Positions 31,580-39,449 of a stretch of 64,000 nt of DNA are shown in pieces (position 1 is the first letter of the stretch; the number at the start of each line of letters is the position of its first letter). Origin of the DNA: a virus. Its lineage: Duplodnaviria; Caudoviricetes. The stretch is taken from the IMG/VR virus record IMGVR_UViG_2974655483_000001, positions 64,001-128,000 of that record; one strand, 5' to 3'. Made by a program: the position numbers and the translations under genes. Below the pieces are notes generated by a model that saw only the letters and a list, made by a program, of their open reading frames with translations, was not told the DNA's origin and ran no database searches.

Positions 31580-32364
31580 TGTTAGGCACGTATTCATATA
31601 ACGAAATTTTTAGAAAAACTATTGTAGCGTTTGGAACGCTGTTCAATAACATCGAACTTCGTCGTTCGACTGAAGTGATGAAAGTGCCTCTGGCATATGG
31701 TCCGAAGCAGAAGTTTCTAGCGCGTCTTGATCAAAATCCAGACCCTACAAACAAGAGAGTTCAGATTACTCTTCCTAGAATCTCATTTGAGATTAATGGA
31801 ATCACATATGATTCTTCTAGGAAAGTTTCTCCCACACAAAAAATTAAATTTGCAAAAGATACTGACGAAAATAAGAACGTGTTTATGCCCGTTCCTTACA
31901 ATCTATCATTTGAGTTAGCAATTATCTCCAAAAATCAAGAGGATGGATTGCAGATTTTGGAGCAAATTTTACCATTCTTTCAACCTCATTATAATTTATC
32001 AGTAAAATTACTTCCAGATGTTGGAGAAACTAAGGATGTACCTGTTACATTAACTAGTGTTGATTATGAAGATACTTATGAGGGTGACTTTTCTGCTCGT
32101 AGAGCGATTATTTACACTTTACAGTTTACAGTGAAAACATATCTATACGGTCCTATTACAGATAGCAAGACTATCAAGAAAGTTATCACTGATATGTACA
32201 CTGATGTCAATACTTCTTCTGCACCTAGAGAAGTTCGATATACAATTCAACCAGATCCTCTCACGGCAGATGCTGATGATGACTTTGGATTTGGTGTTGT
32301 TGATGAAGACTTCACCGACAATAAGAAACGTAATCCTGTAAGTGGCGCTGACGAGGCAATCTAA
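31579..32364 (+). CDS. gp15: Tail sheath stabiliser/terminator gp15
   Basis: IVAFGTLFNNI, KVPLAYGPKQKFLARL, LPRISFE, QILEQILPFFQP motifs. Confidence 0.92.
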   Translation: MLGTYSYNEIFRKTIVAFGTLFNNIELRRSTEVMKVPLAYGPKQKFLARLDQNPDPTNKRVQITLPRISFEINGITYDSSRKVSPTQKIKFAKDTDENKNVFMPVPYNLSFELAIISKNQEDGLQILEQILPFFQPHYNLSVKLLPDVGETKDVPVTLTSVDYEDTYEGDFSARRAIIYTLQFTVKTYLYGPITDSKTIKKVITDMYTDVNTSSAPREVRYTIQPDPLTADADDDFGFGVVDEDFTDNKKRNPVSGADEAI

Positions 32365-32795
32365 TGACAACTCCTTTTAATGGACTAAATGATGCTTTTG
32401 GAGCAGAACCTTCTGAACTCCAGAAGCATGTTGAGAAAGTGAAACCTACTTTGAAAAAGACGGATAGTCCTGATATTAAACAGGACTATGAGACTACTCG
32501 TGCTGCATTACATATGTTAGTAATGAAAGGTCAAGAGGCAGTAGATGGAATACTTGATGTGGCACGAGCGTCAGATCATCCTCGTGCTTATGAAGTTGCT
32601 GCAACAACAATTAAAAGCGTAGCAGATACTGCTGATAAGTTGATTGACTTGCAAAAGAAAATGAAGGAGTTAGATGCTGATGAGAAAAAGTCAAGCCCGT
32701 CTACTGTTAATAACACGATGTTTATTGGCAGTACTGCGGACCTCCAAAAAATGCTAAAGAAGCAAAAGGAGATAAATAATACTGACTCGAAATAA
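32364..32795 (+). CDS. gp16: Terminase small subunit gp16
   Basis: DYETTR...HPRAYEV...NNTMFIGSTADLQKML motifs. Confidence 0.9.
   Translation: MTTPFNGLNDAFGAEPSELQKHVEKVKPTLKKTDSPDIKQDYETTRAALHMLVMKGQEAVDGILDVARASDHPRAYEVAATTIKSVADTADKLIDLQKKMKELDADEKKSSPSTVNNTMFIGSTADLQKMLKKQKEINNTDSK
32772..32778 (+). promoter_or_regulatory. T4-type late promoter
   Basis: ATAAATA within the gp16 3' end, 24 nt upstream of the next ORF. Confidence 0.55.
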
Positions 32796-32801
32796 CACGA
32801 C

Positions 32802-33338
32802 ATGACAGTATTAAATGTTTTAAGCACTAACGCAGTTGCTGCTGGAGCTACAGAGTATCAAGTTGTTGAAACTGGATACTATCGTGTAGTTGCAACTGCA
32901 GGCGATGCTACCATCGCATTCAATGATGGTCCTGCAATCACTATTGTTCAAGACCAAGCACTTTTGCTGAAAGGTGGAAAACCTGGTCAAGCAAGAGTTG
33001 TAAAAGCAACAGATTCTGCAACTACAGTATATACACTCGGTACAAATCTTGGAGAGACCAGTAACACTCATCCATTCTCAGTAGGAGACTTTATTGCTGT
33101 TGTCGATACTGCAACTTCCCCTGCTATTGGCAGTGAATTCTTATCTGCTGGCACCGCTGGGAAAACGATCACAGCAGCTACTGGTAGCACGATTACAACT
33201 AATGTGGACTCTTCTGCTGCTGCTGCAGATTACACATATGCTTATAGTGGACCACAAGCAATCGTCAAACGATGCATAAAGGTTGCAGTAACTGGTAATG
33301 CAGTTGCTCTAGAAGAAGTACAAGTAGTCGGAGGTTGA
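32802..33338 (+). CDS. Hypothetical Ala/Thr-rich protein, probably structural
   Basis: 178-aa ORF with late promoter and phage-like codon usage. Confidence 0.7.
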   Translation: MTVLNVLSTNAVAAGATEYQVVETGYYRVVATAGDATIAFNDGPAITIVQDQALLLKGGKPGQARVVKATDSATTVYTLGTNLGETSNTHPFSVGDFIAVVDTATSPAIGSEFLSAGTAGKTITAATGSTITTNVDSSAAAADYTYAYSGPQAIVKRCIKVAVTGNAVALEEVQVVGG

Positions 33339-33339
33339 T

Positions 33340-34704
33340 ATGGCGCAAGGTTTTGCATCAGATATTCCACCTGCCGTTAATGGCACCGCTAAGAAATATA
33401 TTAGGGGTATGATGAAGGGTAAGAATAGGTGGAATAAACTCTATGGAAATCGTTCCAAAGAGGTAATGCATAAAACTGCAAACAAGATGGCTATGGGAGA
33501 GATGTCTAAAATGCCACCAACATATACAGATGTATTCGGAGAAGCAAACAAGTCTGGAGATAATTCTCTTCGTGACTGGTTTGGTAAGAGTAAATCATCT
33601 GATGGCACTAAAGGGTGGGTCCAACTTGGTGGTAAGTATGCAGGAAAACCTTGTGCAAAGCAACCTGGTCAGACCACTAAACCCAAATGCGGGTCTAGTA
33701 AGATGAAGAGAAACCTAAATAAAGGCGAAGAGGAAGCAGCATTCCGTCGCAAAAATGCTGAAGACCCAAATCCAGATAGAAAAGGGAAGGCGAAAAACGT
33801 GAGGACAGAAGCAACTATCAACGAAAGAGGCGATTTCTGGCATCCCGATCCTGAGAAAGATCGTAAGTTGGGTGGTCCTGGTGCTAATGTTCGTGCTCGT
33901 GAAGATCGTGCTGCTGCATCTAAACCCAAGTCAGACCCTAAGAAACTAAGAGATGGTGAGTCTTACATGGATTACGCCAAGCGTCAGAAAGCAAGTAGGA
34001 TGAAGAAAGAAGAAGTACAAGTAGAAGGTATGGGTGATGTTGCTATCAAGGCAATCAGAAAAACCCAAGGGGAGAAACCTGCATATCTTAGTAAGCGTTC
34101 TTCTATGATCCGTGCAATCAAGCAGAAGCAACTCGATTCATATCTCAAAAAGAGAGATACTAAGAAGAAAGAACGAGTAACCAATGTTGGTGTTGGTGAA
34201 GAATTTGTCAATGAGAAAGCAGGCGAGAAAGATGCTTGCTATAAGAAAGTAAAAGCAAGTGCAAAGGTATGGCCTTCTGCATATGCTAGTGGTAGATTAG
34301 TCCAGTGCCGTAAGAAAGGTGCTGCTAACTATGGTAATAAGTCTGAAGGAATGACACTCCAAGACTTTCAAGAGAAGTGCTGGAAAGGATATAAGCGAGT
34401 TGGGATGAAGAAGAAGGGTAATAAGATGGTTCCTAATTGCGTTCCAGAAGGTGTAACAAATGAAGGAGCAGCATGGACAAAAAAATCAGGAAAGAACTCC
34501 GAAGGAGGACTCAACGAAAAAGGACGCAAATCTTATGAGAGAGAAAACCCTGGAAGCGATCTTAAAGCACCTTCCAAAAAAGTAGGGAATCCTCGTCGTG
34601 CTTCTTTCTGTGCGAGAATGAAGGGTATGCGTAAGAGACAGAAACCTTCCAACAACACAGGCGATGACCGTCTGTCCAAGTCCCTTAGAGCGTGGAACTG
34701 CTGA
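33340..34704 (+). CDS. Highly basic multi-module protein, possibly an internal head polyprotein
   Basis: K/R-rich Cys-pair modules (KPCAKQPGQTTKPKC; KDACYKKVK...VQCRKK; KCWKGYKRVGMK...VPNCVP; GGLNEKGRKSY...RRASFCARM...WNC) separated by Glu-ending linkers. Confidence 0.75.
   Translation: MAQGFASDIPPAVNGTAKKYIRGMMKGKNRWNKLYGNRSKEVMHKTANKMAMGEMSKMPPTYTDVFGEANKSGDNSLRDWFGKSKSSDGTKGWVQLGGKYAGKPCAKQPGQTTKPKCGSSKMKRNLNKGEEEAAFRRKNAEDPNPDRKGKAKNVRTEATINERGDFWHPDPEKDRKLGGPGANVRAREDRAAASKPKSDPKKLRDGESYMDYAKRQKASRMKKEEVQVEGMGDVAIKAIRKTQGEKPAYLSKRSSMIRAIKQKQLDSYLKKRDTKKKERVTNVGVGEEFVNEKAGEKDACYKKVKASAKVWPSAYASGRLVQCRKKGAANYGNKSEGMTLQDFQEKCWKGYKRVGMKKKGNKMVPNCVPEGVTNEGAAWTKKSGKNSEGGLNEKGRKSYERENPGSDLKAPSKKVGNPRRASFCARMKGMRKRQKPSNNTGDDRLSKSLRAWNC
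34669..34704 (+). repeat. Copy 1 of a 36-bp imperfect direct repeat (3' end of the 454-aa gene)
   Basis: CGTCTGTCCAAGTCCCTTAGAGCGTGGAACTGCTGA; 30/36 identical to 36381-36416. Confidence 0.85.
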
Positions 34705-35030
34705 TGAAATCTTACAACGAATTTATATCCGAGTCTGTAAACATCTCGGGAGATTTAAACGGAAATCTCTATATCAACTCGCAACCTGAAGAACCTCAGC
34801 AGGTAGGGGAAACCTATACTGCCGATGTGCTCTATAAAGGCGAGTTGTACAACATTGAGTTTGTCTCGGAAGGTTCTCCTACCAAGAATGAGTTGGTAGA
34901 AATGCTTCAGGGAGAATATCCTGGTGCAATGGTACAGGGTATCTATCCTGTAGAAAAGAGCAAACTGAATATCACCAAGTCAAACAAAGTTACGATTGAT
35001 GGCGAGGGTCATAAGTACGGAGCATTTTAA
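34704..35030 (+). CDS. Hypothetical protein with T4 internal-protein-like capsid-targeting N-terminus
   Basis: Likely start is the ATG at 34704 (TGATG coupling), giving MKSYNEFISE. Confidence 0.7.
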   Translation: MKSYNEFISESVNISGDLNGNLYINSQPEEPQQVGETYTADVLYKGELYNIEFVSEGSPTKNELVEMLQGEYPGAMVQGIYPVEKSKLNITKSNKVTIDGEGHKYGAF

Positions 35031-35033
35031 GTC

Positions 35034-36359
35034 ATGGCACAGTGGAATAAGAACACACAAGATTTCTTAAATCAAGAAAGGTCTCTGTTTGAGACTATCA
35101 ATATAGCAACCAAAGATGGTGAGCAGGTATCTACGGACAATCCATTACCAGTATCTGGAACAATTGCGACTACAGCACCAACAGGAACTACAGATGCTTT
35201 CGGTCGCACAAGAATATCTCAACCACTCACTCTATTTGATAGTTCCCACAGATACAGAGATAATAACCTGTGGTCAACTGCTACTACTGGGACTGCTTCT
35301 ACTACCTTTAGTGCTACTGAAGGTCTGGTAAATCTAACAGTTGATGATGCTTCTGGAGCACAGATTATTCGTGAGACCACAAAAGTATTCGCATACCAAC
35401 CAGGCAAATCTTTGCTCATTATGAGCACATTTGTTCCTGCCACACCAAAAGCAAACTTGAGACAGAGAGTTGGATATTTTGGTGCTGATAATGGAATGTA
35501 TTTTGAGATCAACGGCACCACACCTTATTTTGTAGAAAGAAGTTTATCCACTGGAACTCAAACAGAAGTAGCACAAGCAAATTGGAATATTGATAAGTTA
35601 GATGGCACTGGTGTTTCTGGTATTACATTAGATACAACTAAAGCACAAATTCTTTGGATGGATATTGAGTGGTTGGGTCTTGGCACAGTCAGAATGGGAT
35701 TTGTAATAAACGGACAGTTTATCCTCTGCCATTCATTCCATCACGCAAATATAATTACATCAACTTATATCACAACAGCCTCATTACCTTTGAGGTATGA
35801 GATTACTAATACTGGTGCTACAAGTGGTAGTAGCACGATGAAGCAAGTTTGCTCTACCGTAATTTCTGAAGGTGGTTATGAACTTCGTGGAATACAACAA
35901 GCAGTTGGAACACCGATTACGGATACATACAACCTTGCCACAGCAGGAACATATTATCCAATTGTAAGTATTCGTTTGAAATCTACTAGATTTGATGCGA
36001 TTGTTATTCTTACAGCACTTTCTATTCTCCCAACAGAAAATGGTGATTTTAATTGGCGAGTAGTTGCTGGAGGCTCAACAACAGCAGGCAGTTGGGTATC
36101 TGCTGGTGCTGATTCCTCTGTTGAATACAATCTTACTGGCACAGGAACTTCAGGTGGCAGAGTTTTAGCAAGTGGTTTTGTTAAATCTACAAATACTGCT
36201 GGTTCTGGCGTTGATATTTTGAAAGAAGCACTATTCAAATTTCAACTTGAAAGAAACACATTTACATCTACAGCAGAAGAACTTTCATTGGTTATGGCCA
36301 GTAATGGTAATAATGATGAAGTTTACGGTTCAATGGACTGGGAAGAAGTTAGTAGGTAA
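35034..36359 (+). CDS. Virion-associated beta-rich protein (DAFGR.R.S.P.TLFDS family)
   Basis: TDAFGRTRISQPLTLFDS, YQPGKS and IEWLGLGTVRMGF motifs recalled from other marine phage proteins. Confidence 0.65.
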   Translation: MAQWNKNTQDFLNQERSLFETINIATKDGEQVSTDNPLPVSGTIATTAPTGTTDAFGRTRISQPLTLFDSSHRYRDNNLWSTATTGTASTTFSATEGLVNLTVDDASGAQIIRETTKVFAYQPGKSLLIMSTFVPATPKANLRQRVGYFGADNGMYFEINGTTPYFVERSLSTGTQTEVAQANWNIDKLDGTGVSGITLDTTKAQILWMDIEWLGLGTVRMGFVINGQFILCHSFHHANIITSTYITTASLPLRYEITNTGATSGSSTMKQVCSTVISEGGYELRGIQQAVGTPITDTYNLATAGTYYPIVSIRLKSTRFDAIVILTALSILPTENGDFNWRVVAGGSTTAGSWVSAGADSSVEYNLTGTGTSGGRVLASGFVKSTNTAGSGVDILKEALFKFQLERNTFTSTAEELSLVMASNGNNDEVYGSMDWEEVSR

Positions 36360-36380
36360 GTGCTAAACCACTTTCTGAAT

Positions 36381-36416
36381 CGTCTGTCGAAGTCATTAAG
36401 AGTTTGGAACTGCTGA
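36381..36416 (+). pseudogene. Orphan remnant of the 454-aa gene 3' end (RLSKSLRVWNC*), copy 2 of the direct repeat
   Basis: CGTCTGTCGAAGTCATTAAGAGTTTGGAACTGCTGA; 10/11 aa identical to the upstream gene terminus, with mostly synonymous differences. Confidence 0.8.
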
Positions 36417-36420
36417 TATA

Positions 36421-36453
36421 TTGACAAATTGTAGCAAGATGCTACAATAAATA
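36421..36453 (+). promoter_or_regulatory. Sigma70-type promoter overlapped by a palindrome and a late promoter
   Basis: TTGACA-16-TACAAT with TG extension; ATTGTAGCA-aga-TGCTACAAT inverted repeat; ATAAATA at 36447-36453. Confidence 0.65.
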
Positions 36454-36485
36454 CTTAAAATAATTATAGAAGGATACTGCATTTT

Positions 36486-36779
36486 ATGACTGATCCAAAA
36501 GAAGTATCATCCTTTTCTATGGAACGGAAAGAGTGTGAGAAGTGTGGTGCCGTTTGGTTGAACGGACAGCATATGTGGACTGGCACTGGAAAAAAAGGCA
36601 ATGAATTAGATCTAGCTGGACTCGTTTGCAATAACATTTCAAAAGAAAATCCAGACTATACGAAGTGCATAAACGATAGTCGTGGAAAGATAGGTGGTCA
36701 AACTTGGGAGTATAGAAGAGGGTATGTTGAGGGTCAATTGGATGCTACGATGAAGTCGTCAGCGATGCCTGACACATAA
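36486..36779 (+). CDS. Conserved cyanophage hypothetical protein (CxxC)
   Basis: KECEKCGAVWLNGQHMWTGTGK...DLAGLVCN...CIN. Confidence 0.7.
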   Translation: MTDPKEVSSFSMERKECEKCGAVWLNGQHMWTGTGKKGNELDLAGLVCNNISKENPDYTKCINDSRGKIGGQTWEYRRGYVEGQLDATMKSSAMPDT

Positions 36780-36830
36780 AGGACATACACTAAAAGTCTA
36801 GTCATAGATAGTGCAGTTGAATAGACTATT

Positions 36831-37172
36831 ATGAATTTTATTCGCGCAATTATTATTGCAACTTTAGCCGCAATGGTTTTTTTCTTACCTAAAACTGCAT
36901 ACGCTTTAGATGTAACAATGGGTGCTGGTGGTAACCTAGTATTTGAACCTAACGAGATCACAATCTCAGCAGGAGACACAGTTCACTTTATTAACGAAGC
37001 ACTACCCCCTCACAATATTATTGTAGAAGGTCGTGCAGATCTTTCCAGAGAAGCACTACTGTTTGCTCCTGGAGAAACACAGGATGTTGTATTTGCTGAT
37101 GTAGGGGACTATAATTTCTTCTGTGGTCCTCATCAAGGAGCAGGTATGACTGGCGTTGTTCACGTAAATTGA
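36831..37172 (+). CDS. petE: Plastocyanin (auxiliary metabolic gene)
   Basis: Signal peptide ending TAYA; LVFEP; PPHNI; YNFFCGPHQGAGMTG copper-ligand loop. Confidence 0.95.
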   Translation: MNFIRAIIIATLAAMVFFLPKTAYALDVTMGAGGNLVFEPNEITISAGDTVHFINEALPPHNIIVEGRADLSREALLFAPGETQDVVFADVGDYNFFCGPHQGAGMTGVVHVN

Positions 37173-37181
37173 GAGACTACA

Positions 37182-37385
37182 ATGAATTGGTCTCCCGAAT
37201 TAAAAAAACGATATAACTTTGCGTTATCAGCATTTTCAAGAATGTATGGTACAAGTCATATCACCATGGAAATGATGCACTTTAGTTATAAGTGGGCAGA
37301 TTCTGATCATGACCATCCCGAAGGAACATTAACTACTATCGATTTTTATTTTAGAGACTTATGGACAAACGCAAAAACGATATGA
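37182..37385 (+). CDS. Hypothetical protein
   Basis: 67-aa ORF with GAGA RBS, in operon after petE. Confidence 0.6.
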   Translation: MNWSPELKKRYNFALSAFSRMYGTSHITMEMMHFSYKWADSDHDHPEGTLTTIDFYFRDLWTNAKTI

Positions 37386-37465
37386 AAGTAATACCATCAT
37401 TAATAATCTTAGGTGGTGTTGCTTTTTTTGTTATCTGGGGAGTCAATAACGCTTATCCGCTATGA
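37382..37465 (+). CDS. 27-aa hydrophobic microprotein MKVIPSLIILGGVAFFVIWGVNNAYPL
   Basis: ATGA overlaps at both ends; one TM-like stretch; below the ORF-track cutoff. Confidence 0.6.
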   Translation: MKVIPSLIILGGVAFFVIWGVNNAYPL

Positions 37466-37614
37466 TGTTACAGTTTGCTAGATTTTGTGGAACAGTATTG
37501 AATAATCCATATGGTATTGGCATCATGGCATGGTGCCTAGTCTTTGTTCCTATCATAGGTATGTGGGCAGTTCATAAATATGGATGGCAACATTGGGAGC
37601 CATTTCATAAATGA
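37462..37614 (+). CDS. 50-aa membrane microprotein (MMLQFARFCG...GWQHWEPFHK)
   Basis: ATGA overlaps at both ends; hydrophobic core GIGIMAWCLVFVPIIGMWAV. Confidence 0.65.
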   Translation: MMLQFARFCGTVLNNPYGIGIMAWCLVFVPIIGMWAVHKYGWQHWEPFHK

Positions 37615-37820
37615 ATTTATTATTGAGACCTCTTGATAATCCAGGTGATCCTGTATGGTCAGTGATCTTTATGGTATTCCTTGCTGTCGCAGGAGCATTC
37701 TATTGTATCGTATACATACTAAGAGAAGCATTTGCAGAGTTAGAAAATGGGAGCAATGAAACCACCGAGCAGGAAGAGCTGCTACAACTTCCGAGTGACG
37801 GAGATCAATCGTGTCCTTGA
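37611..37820 (+). CDS. 69-aa single-TM protein
   Basis: ATGA coupling; PVWSVIFMVFLAVAGAFYCIVYIL; overlaps the next gene by 74 nt. Confidence 0.6.
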   Translation: MNLLLRPLDNPGDPVWSVIFMVFLAVAGAFYCIVYILREAFAELENGSNETTEQEELLQLPSDGDQSCP

Positions 37821-38208
37821 TGGTGATACTATTGATGTCACTATTGACCTCGGGTTTGATTTATACAAGAAAGAAAGAGTTAGAGTTGCAGGAGTTGATA
37901 CGCCAGAGAAGAGGACCAAAAACTTAGAGGAGAAGGCACTTGGAATCGACGCAACCAACTGGCTCAAAGAAAAACTCGAAGGCACGTTGGCTGGTGATGA
38001 TGAGTTGTCTGTTAGGACTGAACTTGTTGGTGGCACTGGGAAATACGGGCGTCTTCTGGGTTGGCTTTACATTGGGGACGACAATGTGTCCCTCAACGAG
38101 CAAATGATTGAAGAAGGATATGCTCACGCATATGATGGCGGAACCAAGGATATGAACCTTGAAGCACTAAGAGAAATTCGTAGACAGCATGGGACACTAG
38201 TAGAATGA
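37747..38208 (+). CDS. Staphylococcal-nuclease (thermonuclease)-family nuclease
   Basis: VLDGDTIDV, RVAGVDTPE, KYGRLLG, LNEQMIEEGYA motifs. Confidence 0.85.
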   Translation: MGAMKPPSRKSCYNFRVTEINRVLDGDTIDVTIDLGFDLYKKERVRVAGVDTPEKRTKNLEEKALGIDATNWLKEKLEGTLAGDDELSVRTELVGGTGKYGRLLGWLYIGDDNVSLNEQMIEEGYAHAYDGGTKDMNLEALREIRRQHGTLVE

Positions 38209-38291
38209 TGAGTGGAATTTTTGTATTTGGATTTATGATATTGATTACAATAGGAATGGAAATGACTTGGCCTGTGAAAAATAATAAGTAA
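38205..38291 (+). CDS. 28-aa hydrophobic microprotein MMSGIFVFGFMILITIGMEMTWPVKNNK
   Basis: ATGA overlap with the nuclease stop; TM-like stretch. Confidence 0.55.
   Translation: MMSGIFVFGFMILITIGMEMTWPVKNNK
38256..38287 (+). repeat. Copy 1 of a direct repeat flanking the Gly-rich gene
   Basis: 28-bp exact core AAATGACTTGGCCTGTGAAAAATAATAA (38260-38287); 31/32 identical to 39418-39449. Confidence 0.9.
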
Positions 38292-38302
38292 AAGAGTAGT
38301 GA

Positions 38303-38310
38303 TATAAATA
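38303..38310 (+). promoter_or_regulatory. T4-type late promoter
   Basis: TATAAATA upstream of the ATG at 38338. Confidence 0.75.
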
Positions 38311-38337
38311 ATTTAGAGAAGTCCCAGGTTTATTTGC

Positions 38338-39399
38338 ATGTCGGAATTAAATGTAGGAACAATTACTGCTACTAATGTCAACACTTCTAATGTAAGTGCT
38401 ACAAGTGATGTAGATGTTGATGGGAACTTTACTATTCCCAATAAAACTAATAGTACTCGTCCATCATCACCTCCTGCAGGTACAGTTATTCATAACACCG
38501 AAGAGGATAAGCAGCAAGTTTATAATGGTACTGAATGGAAAACTATTGGTGGAGACATAGTTGCTACCCAATATAAGATTCAGTGCTGGGGTGCTGGTGG
38601 TGGCGGTGGAACTAGTGGTGGATGGAGTTATGGTGCCGAAGGTGGTGGAGGTGGATATATTGAGGCAGATATAACAGGACTAACACCAGGAAACACTCTT
38701 TATATTCGTGTTGGTGAAGGTGGATTAGTTAATGGCACACGCATGTCATATGGTGGTGGCGGTGAAGCAAACCGCGCTGGTAATGATAATAGGTATGGTT
38801 CTAATGGTGGTGGTGCAACTGGTGTATTCCTTGGATCTGTATCTCATGCTAATACAATAATCATCGCTGGCGGCGGCGGCGGAGGTGGATCATCTAGAAA
38901 CCAAGAAGGCAACTTTGGTGGTGCAGGTGGTGGTCCTACTGGTCAAGATGGTTCTTCTCCTTATGAATATAAAACTCAATATCGTGGCAGAGGTGGTGGA
39001 GCATCTGAAGGTGGTAGAAACAACCAGCAGGGAGCTTCGTATGCGGCCCAAGCATTAGAGGGCGGATCTGCTGCATCTAATGGTTATGGTGGTGCAGGTG
39101 GTGGAGGATATTATGGCGGCAGTGCGGGAGGTTACTCTGAATCTAACACAATGGCAGGTGGTGGAGGTGGATCTGGATTTGCAAATCCTACATATTGCAA
39201 AGCTATTAGGAATCTGCGTGGGGAATATCGTATGCCAGCAGGTGCTGGTGAATTAGGATATCCTGGTGGTAGTCTTTCATTTGGCGGTAATGCTAATGCA
39301 ACTGCTGGTGGTCATGGATACTGTAGAATTACAGATGCTAATGGGACAGTAACGACTTATACATATACAGGTTCGGATGTAACTATAACAGTACCATGA
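38338..39399 (+). CDS. Glycine-rich (polyglycine-II type) fibre/receptor-binding-like protein
   Basis: N-terminal fibre-like segment (RPSSPPAGTVIHNT...QVYNGTEW), then WGAGGGGG and GGGGGGYYGG repeats. Confidence 0.7.
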   Translation: MSELNVGTITATNVNTSNVSATSDVDVDGNFTIPNKTNSTRPSSPPAGTVIHNTEEDKQQVYNGTEWKTIGGDIVATQYKIQCWGAGGGGGTSGGWSYGAEGGGGGYIEADITGLTPGNTLYIRVGEGGLVNGTRMSYGGGGEANRAGNDNRYGSNGGGATGVFLGSVSHANTIIIAGGGGGGGSSRNQEGNFGGAGGGPTGQDGSSPYEYKTQYRGRGGGASEGGRNNQQGASYAAQALEGGSAASNGYGGAGGGGYYGGSAGGYSESNTMAGGGGGSGFANPTYCKAIRNLRGEYRMPAGAGELGYPGGSLSFGGNANATAGGHGYCRITDANGTVTTYTYTGSDVTITVP

Positions 39400-39417
39400 T
39401 AAGTTGAATTTGTGTAT

Positions 39418-39449
39418 ATGAAAATGACTTGGCCTGTGAAAAATAATAA
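39418..39449 (+). repeat. Copy 2 of the direct repeat, abutting the gp17 start codon
   Basis: Same 28-bp exact core at 39422-39449. Confidence 0.9.

Noticed and set aside
36431-36445. Canonical NtcA box
   Set aside because: Spacing is GTA-N9-TAC, not N8; kept only as an unexplained palindrome
38590-39320. GGT/GGC runs as a DNA repeat array or CRISPR
   Set aside because: They are glycine codons of the Gly-rich protein, with no repeat-spacer periodicity
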